From assembly GCA_963830635.1 (NCBI GenBank), contig CAWHMN010000003.1, forward strand, positions 46,190-110,189: a DNA stretch of 64,000 nt, written 5' to 3'. The position numbers and the translations under genes were made by a program. Below, piece by piece: positions 1 through 8,848 of this stretch (position 1 is the stretch's first letter; each line of letters opens with the position of its first letter). Below the pieces are notes generated by a model. That model was given only the letters and a program-made list of their open reading frames with translations, was not told where the DNA came from and did no database searches. This stretch comes from an uncultured Acidobacteriaceae bacterium (lineage in GTDB: Bacteria > Acidobacteriota > Terriglobia > Terriglobales > Acidobacteriaceae).

Positions 1-314
1 CGTCGCGGGTTGAATACGGGCGTCGCGTCACGCCCGAGGTGCTGGCGCAGATCGAACAGGCGGAAGCCGCACTCGGCGCCCTGGGGCTGCGCCGCTTCCG
101 CGTCCGTCACCATGGCGCAGTCGCCCGGGTGGAGATCGCCGAGGAAGAGCTGGCCTTCGCCCTGAACCGCACATCGCTCAGGAACATCTCGGCCGCCGTA
201 CATCAGGCCGGATTCAGGTATGTGGCGCTGGATTGCGATGGCTACCGCTCGGGCTCGATGAACGAGATCCTGCCGCTCTCCGCGTTGACGCAGGCGCAGG
301 GAGCGCGCGAATGA
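1..314 (+). CDS. larE: LarE-type ATP-dependent sulfur transferase (PP-loop family), C-terminal fragment; 5' end is outside the window
   Basis: The frame is open from the window edge to TGA at 312-314. The tail ...LRRFRVRHHGAVARVEIAEEEL... resembles LarE C-termini. There is an ATGA overlap with the larC start, and larC and larB follow. Confidence 0.7.
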   Translation, partial: SRVEYGRRVTPEVLAQIEQAEAALGALGLRRFRVRHHGAVARVEIAEEELAFALNRTSLRNISAAVHQAGFRYVALDCDGYRSGSMNEILPLSALTQAQGARE

Positions 315-1762
315 GCTCTGCCGAGTCGGCCTACCCCAACCAGATGCGACCGCCCGCTGCGCGCATTGGATATCTCGAGTGCTTCGCCGGCATCAGCGGC
401 GACATGCTGCTCGGCGCGCTGGTCGGCGCGGGCGTGGATCGGGGCTTGCTCCAGCACGTGGTCACGTCGCTCGACCTCGGCGCCGTGCTGCAATTTCATG
501 AGGTCGACCGCGCCGGCATCCGTTCCCTCAAGGCAAGCGTCATGGTGGACGGCCGGGAAGCCGACGCGCCGTCCGCTGACCCTGTGCATCAGCACGCGCA
601 TGCGCACGAACACGGCCACCAGCACGAACCTCATCACGATCACAGCCACGAGCACACGCACGCACACGAACCTGATCACGCGCATGGCCGCACCCTGCCC
701 GTCATCCGCGGTGTTCTGGCGCGGGCAGAGTTGACCGCCCGCGCACGGAAGATCGCGCTCGACGCCTTCGAGCATCTCGGCCGCGCGGAGGCCAGGATCC
801 ACGGCGTGCCCCTCGACGCAGTGCACTTCCACGAGGTGGGCGCCGTCGATGCCATCGTGGACATCGCCTGCGCCGCCGCTGGTCTGGATGCGCTCGCCAT
901 CGACCGCTGGTACTGCTCGGCCATCAACGTCGGCGGAGGTTTCGTCGATTGCGCGCATGGGCGCTTCCCCGTGCCCGCCCCGGCTACCGCCGAGCTGCTC
1001 CAGGGCGTGCCCACATATTCCGCCGGTCCTGCGGTCGAGCTGGTCACGCCCACGGGCGCCGCTCTGCTCAAGGCGCTCGGCTGCGACTTCGGTGCCGCGG
1101 GCATCGCCAGATATCACAACATCGGCTACGGAGCCGGAACGCGCAATCCTCCCACATTTCCCAACGTTCTGCGCCTCAGCATCGGTCAACTCGTTCTCAG
1201 CGAAGCCGCGACCCATCGCGCTACTGTTCCCGGCACGACGACTGAAACCATTGTCGTGCTCGAGTGCGCGGTGGACGACCTCAGCCCGCAGGTGGTTGCG
1301 TATGCTGCCGCTCTGGCGCTCGAACGGGGCGCGCTGGACGTGATGTCTACGCCGGTGGTCATGAAGAAGGGCCGCCTCGGCACGCACATCACCCTGCTGT
1401 GCCACGAGAGCGATGCGGCGGCCATGCAGGCGCTGCTCTTCGCCGAGACCACGACGCTCGGCATCCGTATGCGGCGTGAGCAACGCATCGTTCTCGATCG
1501 GCAATCCTCTACCGTGGATACGCCGCTCGGAACCGTTCGCGTCAAGACCGGTTTTGTCGCTGGGCAGCCCAGCAATACGCAACCCGAGTACGAAGATTGC
1601 CGCGCGCTGGCGGAAGCTCAGGGCATGCCGCTCAAGCAGGTGCTGCAGGAAGCGGCCTCGGCGGCCGCGGAGGCGCATCGCTCGCGTGTGTCCGACAACG
1701 GAAACGGCCGGCCGGAACCGCTCGCCCAACGCAGTTCTTTGAGGCCAAATCCGGATGAATAA
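311..1762 (+). CDS. larC: Nickel insertion protein LarC (DUF111 family), single unsplit ORF
   Basis: IGYLECFAGISGDMLLGALVGAGVD is the DUF111/LarC N-terminal signature. A His-rich tract lies at 587-684. I moved the start to ATG 311 (ATGA overlap with the larE stop) instead of the track start at 233. Confidence 0.85.
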   Translation: MSSAESAYPNQMRPPAARIGYLECFAGISGDMLLGALVGAGVDRGLLQHVVTSLDLGAVLQFHEVDRAGIRSLKASVMVDGREADAPSADPVHQHAHAHEHGHQHEPHHDHSHEHTHAHEPDHAHGRTLPVIRGVLARAELTARARKIALDAFEHLGRAEARIHGVPLDAVHFHEVGAVDAIVDIACAAAGLDALAIDRWYCSAINVGGGFVDCAHGRFPVPAPATAELLQGVPTYSAGPAVELVTPTGAALLKALGCDFGAAGIARYHNIGYGAGTRNPPTFPNVLRLSIGQLVLSEAATHRATVPGTTTETIVVLECAVDDLSPQVVAYAAALALERGALDVMSTPVVMKKGRLGTHITLLCHESDAAAMQALLFAETTTLGIRMRREQRIVLDRQSSTVDTPLGTVRVKTGFVAGQPSNTQPEYEDCRALAEAQGMPLKQVLQEAASAAAEAHRSRVSDNGNGRPEPLAQRSSLRPNPDE

Positions 1763-2612
1763 CCATCTCCTCCTCCAACTGCTCGAACAGGTGCGGCAGG
1801 GGAGTGTCGGCCCCGAGGACGCGGCTCGCCGCCTCGCCGACCTGCCCTTTGAAGACACCGGCTTCGCCAAGATCGATCATCATCGTAGCCTGCGCATCGG
1901 CATGCCGGAGGTCATCTTCGCCGCCGGCAAGACACCCGCTCACGTAGCCGAGATCTTCGAGCGCATGGCGCGCCACGGCTCAGATGTGCTGGCCACTCGC
2001 GCTTCCTCGGCCGTCTTTGAGGTGGTGCGGGCGCGCACGCCGCAGGCGTCCTACCATCCGATCGCCCAGGCCATCACGTTCAAGCAGGATGCGCCGTCCC
2101 TCGCCGCCGGAGTGGTCGCGGTGTTGTGCGCCGGCACCAGCGATCTGCCTGTGGCGGAAGAAGCTGCCGTCACGGCAGAGTTTCTAGGCGTGCCGGTGGA
2201 GCGCGTCTACGACGTAGGTGTCGCCGGCATGCATCGCCTGCTCGCGCAGCGCGACATCCTGCGCAACGCTGAGGTGGTCATCGTCTGTGCCGGCATGGAA
2301 GGCGCTCTGCCCAGTGTTGTTGGCGGCCTGGTGGCCGTCCCGGTCATCGCAGTGCCCACCAGCGTCGGCTATGGCGCCGCCTTCGGGGGCCTGGCCGCGC
2401 TCCTCGGCATGCTCAACTCCTGCTCGCCCAATGTCACGGTTGTCAATATCGATAACGGCTTCGGCGCGGCGTACGTGGCAACCATGATTGCCAGAAAGAT
2501 CGCCAGAAAGAGTGCCGGCAAGAGCGGGGCAGAGACCGGCGCAGAGAGTGCCGCAAATAGCCGCGCAGCGAGCGGCGAAAAGGACCGCGCGACCGCCGCG
2601 CAGACGGGTTAA
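1755..2612 (+). CDS. larB: LarB, PurE-like carboxylase/hydrolase of nickel-pincer cofactor synthesis
   Basis: FAKIDHHRSLRIGMPEVIFAAGKT plus the PurE-like core GTSDLPVAEEA...VAGMHRL...AGMEGALPSVVGG. It overlaps larC by 8 nt. The C-terminal tail is low-complexity and Ala/Lys/Ser-rich. Confidence 0.85.
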   Translation: MNNHLLLQLLEQVRQGSVGPEDAARRLADLPFEDTGFAKIDHHRSLRIGMPEVIFAAGKTPAHVAEIFERMARHGSDVLATRASSAVFEVVRARTPQASYHPIAQAITFKQDAPSLAAGVVAVLCAGTSDLPVAEEAAVTAEFLGVPVERVYDVGVAGMHRLLAQRDILRNAEVVIVCAGMEGALPSVVGGLVAVPVIAVPTSVGYGAAFGGLAALLGMLNSCSPNVTVVNIDNGFGAAYVATMIARKIARKSAGKSGAETGAESAANSRAASGEKDRATAAQTG

Positions 2613-2702
2613 CCCCTCGGGCGACCCGCCCACTTTTCTGCCGGCCTGCAGAAAACCTCTGGTAGGCTTCTATACACCTTAGTGACGACGGAGAATCGGC
2701 GC

Positions 2703-3614
2703 ATGGCTTCCACCGTATGGAAGGGGTACATCTCCTTTGGTCTCGTGTCGGTACCGGTGCGGCTCTATGCCGCGGCGCGTGAATCACACGTAAGCTTCAA
2801 CCAGATCCACACCCCCTGCGGCTCGCGCATCAAGCAGCAGCTTGTCTGCCCTCGCTGTGACCGCCCGGTAGAGCGCCAGGAGCTCTCCAAGGGCTACGAA
2901 GTGGAGAAGGACGCTTACGTCACCATCACCGGCGAAGAGTTGAAGGCGCTCGAGTCGTCCTCGTCCGACGTCATGGCCATCCAGCAGTTCGTCTCCCTCA
3001 AAGACATCGACCCCATTTACTTTCAGACCTCCTACTACTCCGTCGCCGAGGATCCCGGCCGCCGCGCCTACACGCTGCTCTTCCGCAGCATGGAGCAGCT
3101 CAACCTCGCCGCCATCGCCAAGGTGAGCATGCACGGCCGCGAACAGGTGGTGCTCATCCGCCCCTATGACAAGGGCCTGGTGCTGCACACGCTCTACTAC
3201 TCGGAGGAAGTGCGCGAGGTGAGCGAGTACGGCAGCGACACCCAGGCCGACGTGCAGCCGCAGGAAGTGGCGCTGGCCGAGCAGTTCATGCAGCAACTCA
3301 CCTCCGGCTTCAATCCTGAGCAGTATCAGGACACCTATCGCGACAAAGTGATGGAGCTGATCGAAAGCAAGCGTCAGGGCGCGGCCTTGCCCGAGCAGCA
3401 GACTCATCGCCGGCTGGCGCCGGTCATCGATCTGATGGATGCGCTCAAGAAGAGCCTGGCGCAAGCGCCGGCGTCCGCTGCCGCGGAACCTGCGGCCGCA
3501 GCCACCGTGACGGCCGAAGCTCCGGAGACCGCCTCGCGCAAGAAGCCTCCGCAAGCCGCGAGACAGCCCCGCGCAGCAGCCAAAACAAGAGCGCCCAAAG
3601 AGAAGGCCAGCTAG
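2703..3614 (+). CDS. ku: Ku protein (bacterial non-homologous end joining)
   Basis: WKGYISFGLVSVPVRLYAA is the canonical bacterial Ku N-terminus. The C-terminal tail is basic and Ala/Pro/Lys-rich. I chose ATG 2703 over the upstream GTG 2682. Confidence 0.85.
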   Translation: MASTVWKGYISFGLVSVPVRLYAAARESHVSFNQIHTPCGSRIKQQLVCPRCDRPVERQELSKGYEVEKDAYVTITGEELKALESSSSDVMAIQQFVSLKDIDPIYFQTSYYSVAEDPGRRAYTLLFRSMEQLNLAAIAKVSMHGREQVVLIRPYDKGLVLHTLYYSEEVREVSEYGSDTQADVQPQEVALAEQFMQQLTSGFNPEQYQDTYRDKVMELIESKRQGAALPEQQTHRRLAPVIDLMDALKKSLAQAPASAAAEPAAAATVTAEAPETASRKKPPQAARQPRAAAKTRAPKEKAS

Positions 3615-3662
3615 AACACAGAACATCGAAGAGCGCCCTCGCGATTCCGCCCGGCTTGTCGG

Positions 3663-3702
3663 CCTGAGCGAAGCACGCAGTGCGGAGTCGACGGATCTGC
3701 TT
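3663..3702. repeat. 40-bp REP-like repeat, copy A (cctgagcgaagcacgcagtgcggagtcgacggatctgctt)
   Basis: 38/40 identical to 5907-5946 in the same orientation. It lies 6 nt beyond the stop of the GH42 gene. Confidence 0.8.
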
Positions 3703-3708
3703 TCGACA

Positions 3709-5826
3709 TCATTGCTGCAGCACGTCCACCCCGTACGGCTCCAGTTCCACCGCAGTCCCCGAACTCCCCCGCAGCAGGCTCTTCATCGCCGACGGCAAGG
3801 GGACGTGCTGCGGCGCTGTGGTGTGGTTGATCAGCACCCACACGCGCCTGCCTTCGCCCATCCGCTCGCATACCTCCACACCCTGGGGCGTATCGGCCAG
3901 CAGCGGCTTCACTTCAGCATTCTTCAGCAGCCTCGCGGTCACCCGATCGAGCATCGCGGCATCCGGCCAGAAGCCGATGTAGGTGATCGATCCCTTGCCT
4001 ACGGCGCGCGTGGTGATGGCCGGCCGGCCATCGAGCCATCCGTTGCTCTTGCCATAGCGCGCCAGCACATGTGTATCGCTGTCGCTCGGCCTCAGTATCT
4101 CCGCCCACACCTGTGCGGTGCCCGTACCCGCATCTCCCGTTACCGGGACCGGGCCGTCAAGCGCGTAATATTCCTCAACCTCGAGTCCCGCGGCTGTCTG
4201 CAATGGGCCCGGCTGGCGCTGCTGCCACGTCGCGTCGTACTCGTTCTTCATGCCGCTGCGCGGACCCAGCACCAGGTGGCCGCCGGCGTTCACGTAGGCC
4301 AGCAAATGGTCCGCCTGCGCCTGCGTGAGCACGTTGAGCGCGGGCGCGACTACCAGTTTGTAGCGGCCCGCGCCGGTCCCCAGATCAGCGCTCGGCGGCA
4401 GGATGTCCACCCCCTGCGCCTGCGCGCGCAGCGGACGATAGAAGCTCACCAGCTCCGCCACCGGGTCAAAGGCGGCCGCGTGGCGCTGGAAGTCGATCGC
4501 CCACCGGCTGTCGTAGTCTTCGAGGAGCGCGACATTCGAGACCGGGACCGTCCCGGCGAGCGCCGGCCCCGCCTTCTCGAACTCCAGGCCGACCTGCTGC
4601 ACCTCCGCATACACCGGCACCGGCTCGCCGTCCGTCCCTACCAGCGTGCCGTGGTATTGCTCTTGCCCGTTCAAAGCCGCGCGCCATTGCCAGTACTCCA
4701 CCGCATCGGCTCCGTGGCCCACCGCCTGCCACGCCATGTCCCGCACCTGTCCCTTTTCCAGAGGATTGTTGGTCTTGCGCCAGTTCACAAACGCGGGCTC
4801 CGTCTCCATCACCCAGAAATTTTTCTGCTTGAATCCGCGTGTCAGGTCGTGGCGCGCACCGTTGTCGGCCGGATCGTAGACCGGGTCGGAGATGTAATCG
4901 TCCCACGCCGCGATGTCCAGCACCTGATGCACGGTGTAGCTGTCAAAGCCGTCGAACCAGCCCATGGTGTTGGTCGTGATGAACTGCCGCGGATCGGCGT
5001 GCGGGCGGATCGCGCTGATCTGGTTCTCCGAATAGCTCTTCCACGTGTCGCTCACAAAGCGGCGCCAGTCCAGCAGCAGCGCCGGATTTTCTTCCCTGGC
5101 GCGCACCGGTATCTCATCGAAGTTGTCGTAGGTCTGGCTCCAGTAGCGCGTCGTCCACAGCGTATTCAGCGTGTCGATCGAGCCGTACTTCCGCTTCAAC
5201 CATAAGTGAAACTGCGCCCTGGCCTCGGGGTCGAACGAGTCGTTGGCGTATTCGTTATCGAGCTGCCACCCCACGACATCGGGATTGTGCCCGTAGCGCT
5301 CCGCCATCTTCTCCGCAATGCCGTGCGCCAGTTCGCGATACTTCGCGCTGGCAAAGGAGAACTGCTGCCGGTTGCCATGCTCGTCGCGCCGGCCGTCTGC
5401 ATCCATGCGCAGCGTCTCGGGATACTTGCTGGTCAGCCACGCCGGCGGTGCAGCCGTGGGCGTGCCCAGCACCACCACAATGTGGTGCGCCGCGGCCTTG
5501 GCGATGGCGCGGTCCAGCCACGCGAAGTCGTACCTGCCCTCGGCCGGCTCCATGGTGCTCCAGGCAAACTCGCCCACCCGCACCAGGTGAATGTGCGCGG
5601 CCTCCATCTTCGCCAGGTCGGCGTCCCAAACCGCTTCGTCCCACTGCTCCGGATACCACGCCGCGCCCAGCAGCAGCGGCGGCGCGGAGGCATAGCGTGT
5701 CGCCTGTGCGCCTGCAACTCCCACGCCGGCGCTCAGTAGCAAACACGCCGCCACTAGTGCGCAGGTGTGGCGACAGCGCCAGCGGGTTAGCAGACCACCG
5801 ATCCGATCAAGAGCACCAGAGGGCAT
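3709..5826 (-). CDS. Glycoside hydrolase family 42 beta-galactosidase with N-terminal signal-like segment
   Basis: YPEQWDE...VRVGEFAWSTMEPAEGRYDFAWLD, WQLDNEY (acid/base) and FWVMETEP (nucleophile) are GH42 hallmarks. I set the start at ATG 5826 (MPSGALDRIGG...CLLLSAGVGVAGAQ). The track extension to 6024 runs through the repeat and looks non-coding. Confidence 0.85.
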   Translation of the reverse strand: MPSGALDRIGGLLTRWRCRHTCALVAACLLLSAGVGVAGAQATRYASAPPLLLGAAWYPEQWDEAVWDADLAKMEAAHIHLVRVGEFAWSTMEPAEGRYDFAWLDRAIAKAAAHHIVVVLGTPTAAPPAWLTSKYPETLRMDADGRRDEHGNRQQFSFASAKYRELAHGIAEKMAERYGHNPDVVGWQLDNEYANDSFDPEARAQFHLWLKRKYGSIDTLNTLWTTRYWSQTYDNFDEIPVRAREENPALLLDWRRFVSDTWKSYSENQISAIRPHADPRQFITTNTMGWFDGFDSYTVHQVLDIAAWDDYISDPVYDPADNGARHDLTRGFKQKNFWVMETEPAFVNWRKTNNPLEKGQVRDMAWQAVGHGADAVEYWQWRAALNGQEQYHGTLVGTDGEPVPVYAEVQQVGLEFEKAGPALAGTVPVSNVALLEDYDSRWAIDFQRHAAAFDPVAELVSFYRPLRAQAQGVDILPPSADLGTGAGRYKLVVAPALNVLTQAQADHLLAYVNAGGHLVLGPRSGMKNEYDATWQQRQPGPLQTAAGLEVEEYYALDGPVPVTGDAGTGTAQVWAEILRPSDSDTHVLARYGKSNGWLDGRPAITTRAVGKGSITYIGFWPDAAMLDRVTARLLKNAEVKPLLADTPQGVEVCERMGEGRRVWVLINHTTAPQHVPLPSAMKSLLRGSSGTAVELEPYGVDVLQQ

Positions 5827-5906
5827 ACACGATCCTTTTGATAATGAAGTTCGCCAGCCTGAAATTCGCCAGCGTGAGGAAGAGCGCCTCCCCACGCGCC
5901 TGCCAT

Positions 5907-5946
5907 CCTGAGCGAAGCACGCAGTGCGAAGTCGAAGGATCTGCTT
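5907..5946. repeat. 40-bp REP-like repeat, copy B
   Basis: 38/40 identical to 3663-3702. It lies 81 nt upstream of the GH42 start. Confidence 0.8.
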
Positions 5947-5992
5947 CTCTCTTTCCTTCACTCCATCGTTATCCGTGAGCGTAGCGATCGCT

Positions 5993-6370
5993 TCACGGGT
6001 GCTGCTTATAGTCGAAATCGGCATCGCTCAGCAGCCAGAACTCGGAGACTTTACCGTCGCGAAGACGGTAGAAATACGTCACCTCGGTGACCAACTGCGC
6101 GCTCTCCTTGATCAGGGCGCAGGTGTAGATGAAGCGGATCGCGAACTTGTCTCCGTCTGCAACGATCTCCCGAATGTCGTAAATGGGATCGCCGAAGTTC
6201 AGCACGTCCCATTGCAGGCGGTTGACGACGTCGTCGAAGGTGAGTGTCTGCTTCCGGTGGTGGCCCACGACATCCTGGTGGTAAAAGCGTGGCACAGCCA
6301 GATGGTTAAACGGCTCCCACACGTCATGCATAAGGCGAATCGCAAAGTCACGGGTTTCGGAGGAGGTCAT
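5993..6370 (-). CDS. SnoaL/NTF2-like small protein (predicted ester cyclase-like)
   Basis: The 125-aa ORF has a clean coding look. Its size and pattern (N-terminal helix, then DGDKFAIRF...GKVSEFW) are typical of the SnoaL-like fold. Confidence 0.55.
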   Translation of the reverse strand: MTSSETRDFAIRLMHDVWEPFNHLAVPRFYHQDVVGHHRKQTLTFDDVVNRLQWDVLNFGDPIYDIREIVADGDKFAIRFIYTCALIKESAQLVTEVTYFYRLRDGKVSEFWLLSDADFDYKQHP

Positions 6371-6414
6371 GCGCCTGCTTTCGATGAGTAGCCGCCGGTG
6401 GCCGACTCGCTAAA

Positions 6415-6432
6415 CCGGGTGCCCCATTCTAC
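6415..6432. repeat. Short interspersed repeat ccgggtgccccattctac
   Basis: 17/18 match to 7633-7650 in the same orientation. The two copies flank ctaA. Confidence 0.6.
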
Positions 6433-6498
6433 CCGCCGCGCAGTATGGATTGAGCCTGTTGAAGGCATTCGCGCGCGCAGGGCGCCTCCGCATTCACG

Positions 6499-7575
6499 CT
6501 AGCTGCGGAGATTGCGTTCGCGGGGTAGCAGACAGATCCGCGCTGTGAGCACCACCAGTACCGACCAGAAGACATCCGCGCCGAGAAGGTGCAGTACCTG
6601 CATCCACAACGGCGCGCGCAGCAGCACGTCGCAGATTCCAAGCACCACCTGCAAGGCCAGCAGCCCGATCAGCACGTTGGCCAGCGGACGATTGCCGCTC
6701 GGCTCCTGCCGGAACACCGCCTGCCACAGCAGCCAGAGGATGAACGCGGCCGCAATCACCACGCTTGCCGGATGCACCACCCGCAGCCGAACGAGCCATG
6801 CAGCCGACGAAGAGAAGTCCGACAGCAGCGCGGATCGCAGCGATGTAGCGGGGAAGAGGGTATCGCCCAGCGCGGCCAGCGATCCGCTGACTCCCACCAC
6901 CAACGTGGCTGCCAGACCGCAGAGCGCCAGTGCACGATAGCGTACGGCGACCGCCCCGCGGGAGGCCGCGGTTCGGCGCGAGAGGAAATGCGCCGCGAGC
7001 GCCAGCGCACCCAGCAGCAGCAGCGTGTTGGCCAGGTGCAGTGCCAGCATCGGCGGCCGCCAGGGCGAGGTGCTCTGCGCCGTCAGCCCAAGCTTCACCA
7101 GCAGCGCGCCCAGCACTGCCTCGTTGAGCGTCAACAACACGGCGGCAACGGCAGCAGCGCGCGCCAAGTGCTTGCGCATCGTCTTACGGTAGACCCAGAC
7201 CACCAGCGCCAATACCAACACCAGCGTGAGCCCGCTCATCATGCGGTGCGTAAATTCGATCACCGTGGCCACCCGCGGATTGATGGGCAGCACGGTCCCA
7301 TTGCACAGCGGCCAGTGATCGCCGCACCCCGCGCCCGAGCCCGTTGCACGCACCACCGTGCCCCACAGAATTACGGCGATGTTGTATGCCAGCACCGCCC
7401 AGGCAAAGCGGGGCAGCCATCTTCCGGCATTGACGGACTGCTGGTCTGTGTGTCCCTTCGTCTCGATAACGGATGTGTTCGCCAGGCTCGCGTTCAAGGC
7501 AGCTCCCGCCACGATTCTACGCGTGCGCCTTCTACGCCTGCGTGGCTCGGCAGTTGCAACCTCTCTGGTCACCAT
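6499..7575 (-). CDS. ctaA: Heme A synthase (COX15/CtaA family)
   Basis: It is a multi-pass membrane protein with VVRATGSGAGCGDHWPLCNG and EFTHRMMSG motifs characteristic of CtaA/COX15. Confidence 0.85.
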   Translation of the reverse strand: MVTREVATAEPRRRRRRTRRIVAGAALNASLANTSVIETKGHTDQQSVNAGRWLPRFAWAVLAYNIAVILWGTVVRATGSGAGCGDHWPLCNGTVLPINPRVATVIEFTHRMMSGLTLVLVLALVVWVYRKTMRKHLARAAAVAAVLLTLNEAVLGALLVKLGLTAQSTSPWRPPMLALHLANTLLLLGALALAAHFLSRRTAASRGAVAVRYRALALCGLAATLVVGVSGSLAALGDTLFPATSLRSALLSDFSSSAAWLVRLRVVHPASVVIAAAFILWLLWQAVFRQEPSGNRPLANVLIGLLALQVVLGICDVLLRAPLWMQVLHLLGADVFWSVLVVLTARICLLPRERNLRS

Positions 7576-7614
7576 GGACCAGCATTGTGAGTCGTTCGTC
7601 CCTCCAACCGTGAA

Positions 7615-7724
7615 TCGTCATCCTGAGGGAACCCGGGTGCCCCACTCTACGCGCCAGAACACCGCCGAATGTGCAGCGCAATCCTGAGCGTGTAGGGTGG
7701 GTCTCTGCGCGCCAGCGCAGACCC
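7615..7724. repeat. Composite REP-like palindromic element
   Basis: It contains tcatcctgaggga and atcctgagcg motifs and the 18-nt repeat at 7633-7650. A 14-bp imperfect stem (7641-7654 with 7688-7701, two G-U pairs) is followed by a second hairpin (7699-7710 with 7715-7724). Confidence 0.55.
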
Positions 7725-8012
7725 GCTCTCCCGTCTCATTCTTTGGAGTTCCAGTCACGTGACTCTCGTCACCTCCCGCTTGGCGTATCTTTACTGCCCA
7801 CTCGATACACTGGAAATAGAGGGCGCATTCCCATCCGGCGGGGGAAAACCTGGCGCCCGCAGTAACTCTTTTGTTTGCACGAATTTGGCCGTAACTCCAA
7901 TGGGCAGAGGAATTTACCGGCCGAGCCCTTGCCTAAGTCTTTTAAGAAGAGGAATTTAGCAGATTCATACCGGGGGGTATGGGGGGTCAACGGGTGCCGG
8001 AGCCCGGTCGTC

Positions 8013-8840
8013 CTAACCGCCCGCAAGCTGGCGCGCGCGCTCGGTTGCCCGCATGACTGCCTTGATCAGCGTCACGCGCAGTCCGCCCGCTTCGAGCTCC
8101 AATAGCCCGTCGGCCGTGCAGCCGGCCGGCGTGGTCACGGCGTCCTTCAGCAGCGCCGGATGTTCGCCGGTCTCCAGCACCATCCGCGCCGCGCCGTACG
8201 TCGTCTGTGCCGCCAGCAGTGTCGCGATATCCCGCGGCAGGCCTACCTTCACGCCGCCTTCTGCCAGCGCCTCGAGAATGATGTACACGAACGCCGGACC
8301 GCTGCCGGAGAGCCCCGTCACCGCGTCCATATGCTTTTCATCCACCACTACCGTGCGCCCCACGCTGTGGAAGAGCGACGCCGCGACTTCGAGATGTGCT
8401 TCGCTGGCGTGGCGGCCGCGGCAGAGCGCCGTCATTCCCGCCCCCAGCATGGCCGGAGTGTTCGGCATGGCGCGCACCACCGGCAACTCCGTCGCGGCGG
8501 CGGCCTCCATGGCGCCCGTCTTCACGGCGGCGGCGAAGGAGATCAGCAGCGTGCCGGCCCCGAGCGCCGGCCGGATCTGCTCGATCAGCTCGATCACCAC
8601 CGGCGGCTTCACGCCCAGCAGGACGATGTCCGCACCACGCGCGGCATCAAGGTTATCGGTCGTCGTCCGGACCTTCAGCCGCTCCGCCAGCGCATGGGCG
8701 CTCGCCGCATGCTGCACGGACGCGATCATCTGGCCCTGGTGGAAGAGTCCCGAGCGAAGCAAGGCTTCGATCAGAATGGAACCCATCTTGCCCGCGCCCA
8801 GAACGGCGATGCGGGCCTGCGTCAGATCGATTGGCGGCAT
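8013..8840 (-). CDS. proC: Pyrroline-5-carboxylate reductase
   Basis: IAVLGAGKMGS Rossmann N-terminus and GSGPAFVYIILEALAEGGVKVGLPRD...TTPAGCT. Confidence 0.9.
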   Translation of the reverse strand: MPPIDLTQARIAVLGAGKMGSILIEALLRSGLFHQGQMIASVQHAASAHALAERLKVRTTTDNLDAARGADIVLLGVKPPVVIELIEQIRPALGAGTLLISFAAAVKTGAMEAAAATELPVVRAMPNTPAMLGAGMTALCRGRHASEAHLEVAASLFHSVGRTVVVDEKHMDAVTGLSGSGPAFVYIILEALAEGGVKVGLPRDIATLLAAQTTYGAARMVLETGEHPALLKDAVTTPAGCTADGLLELEAGGLRVTLIKAVMRATERARQLAGG

Positions 8841-8848
8841 GCTCGCTC

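Noticed and set aside
242-1870. 542-aa minus-strand ORF covering all of larC
   Set aside because: It is a shadow ORF antisense to a gene with unmistakable LarC motifs. The translation is Arg/Gly/His-rich low-complexity sequence typical of high-GC antisense frames.
3712-5205. 497-aa plus-strand ORF antisense to the GH42 gene
   Set aside because: It is the same kind of shadow ORF, Arg/His/Pro-rich with no motifs. The opposite strand carries clear GH42 catalytic motifs.
5827-6024. Track N-terminal extension of the GH42 ORF (and similar extensions at 10706-11173, 40438-40671, 51621-51827, 53541-53603 and 60081-60269)
   Set aside because: The extensions run through repeats or divergent genes, lack coding character, and precede obvious signal peptides or conserved N-termini. 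I chose internal starts with better RBS context.
7576-8012. Known structured RNA (SRP RNA, tmRNA, RNase P RNA, 6S) in the long proC-ctaA spacer
   Set aside because: I found no hallmark motifs: no GGAAGGAAGCAG SRP core, no tmRNA tag/acceptor ends, and no RNase P GGAAAGTCC-type core. I kept it only as an unexplained non-coding region.
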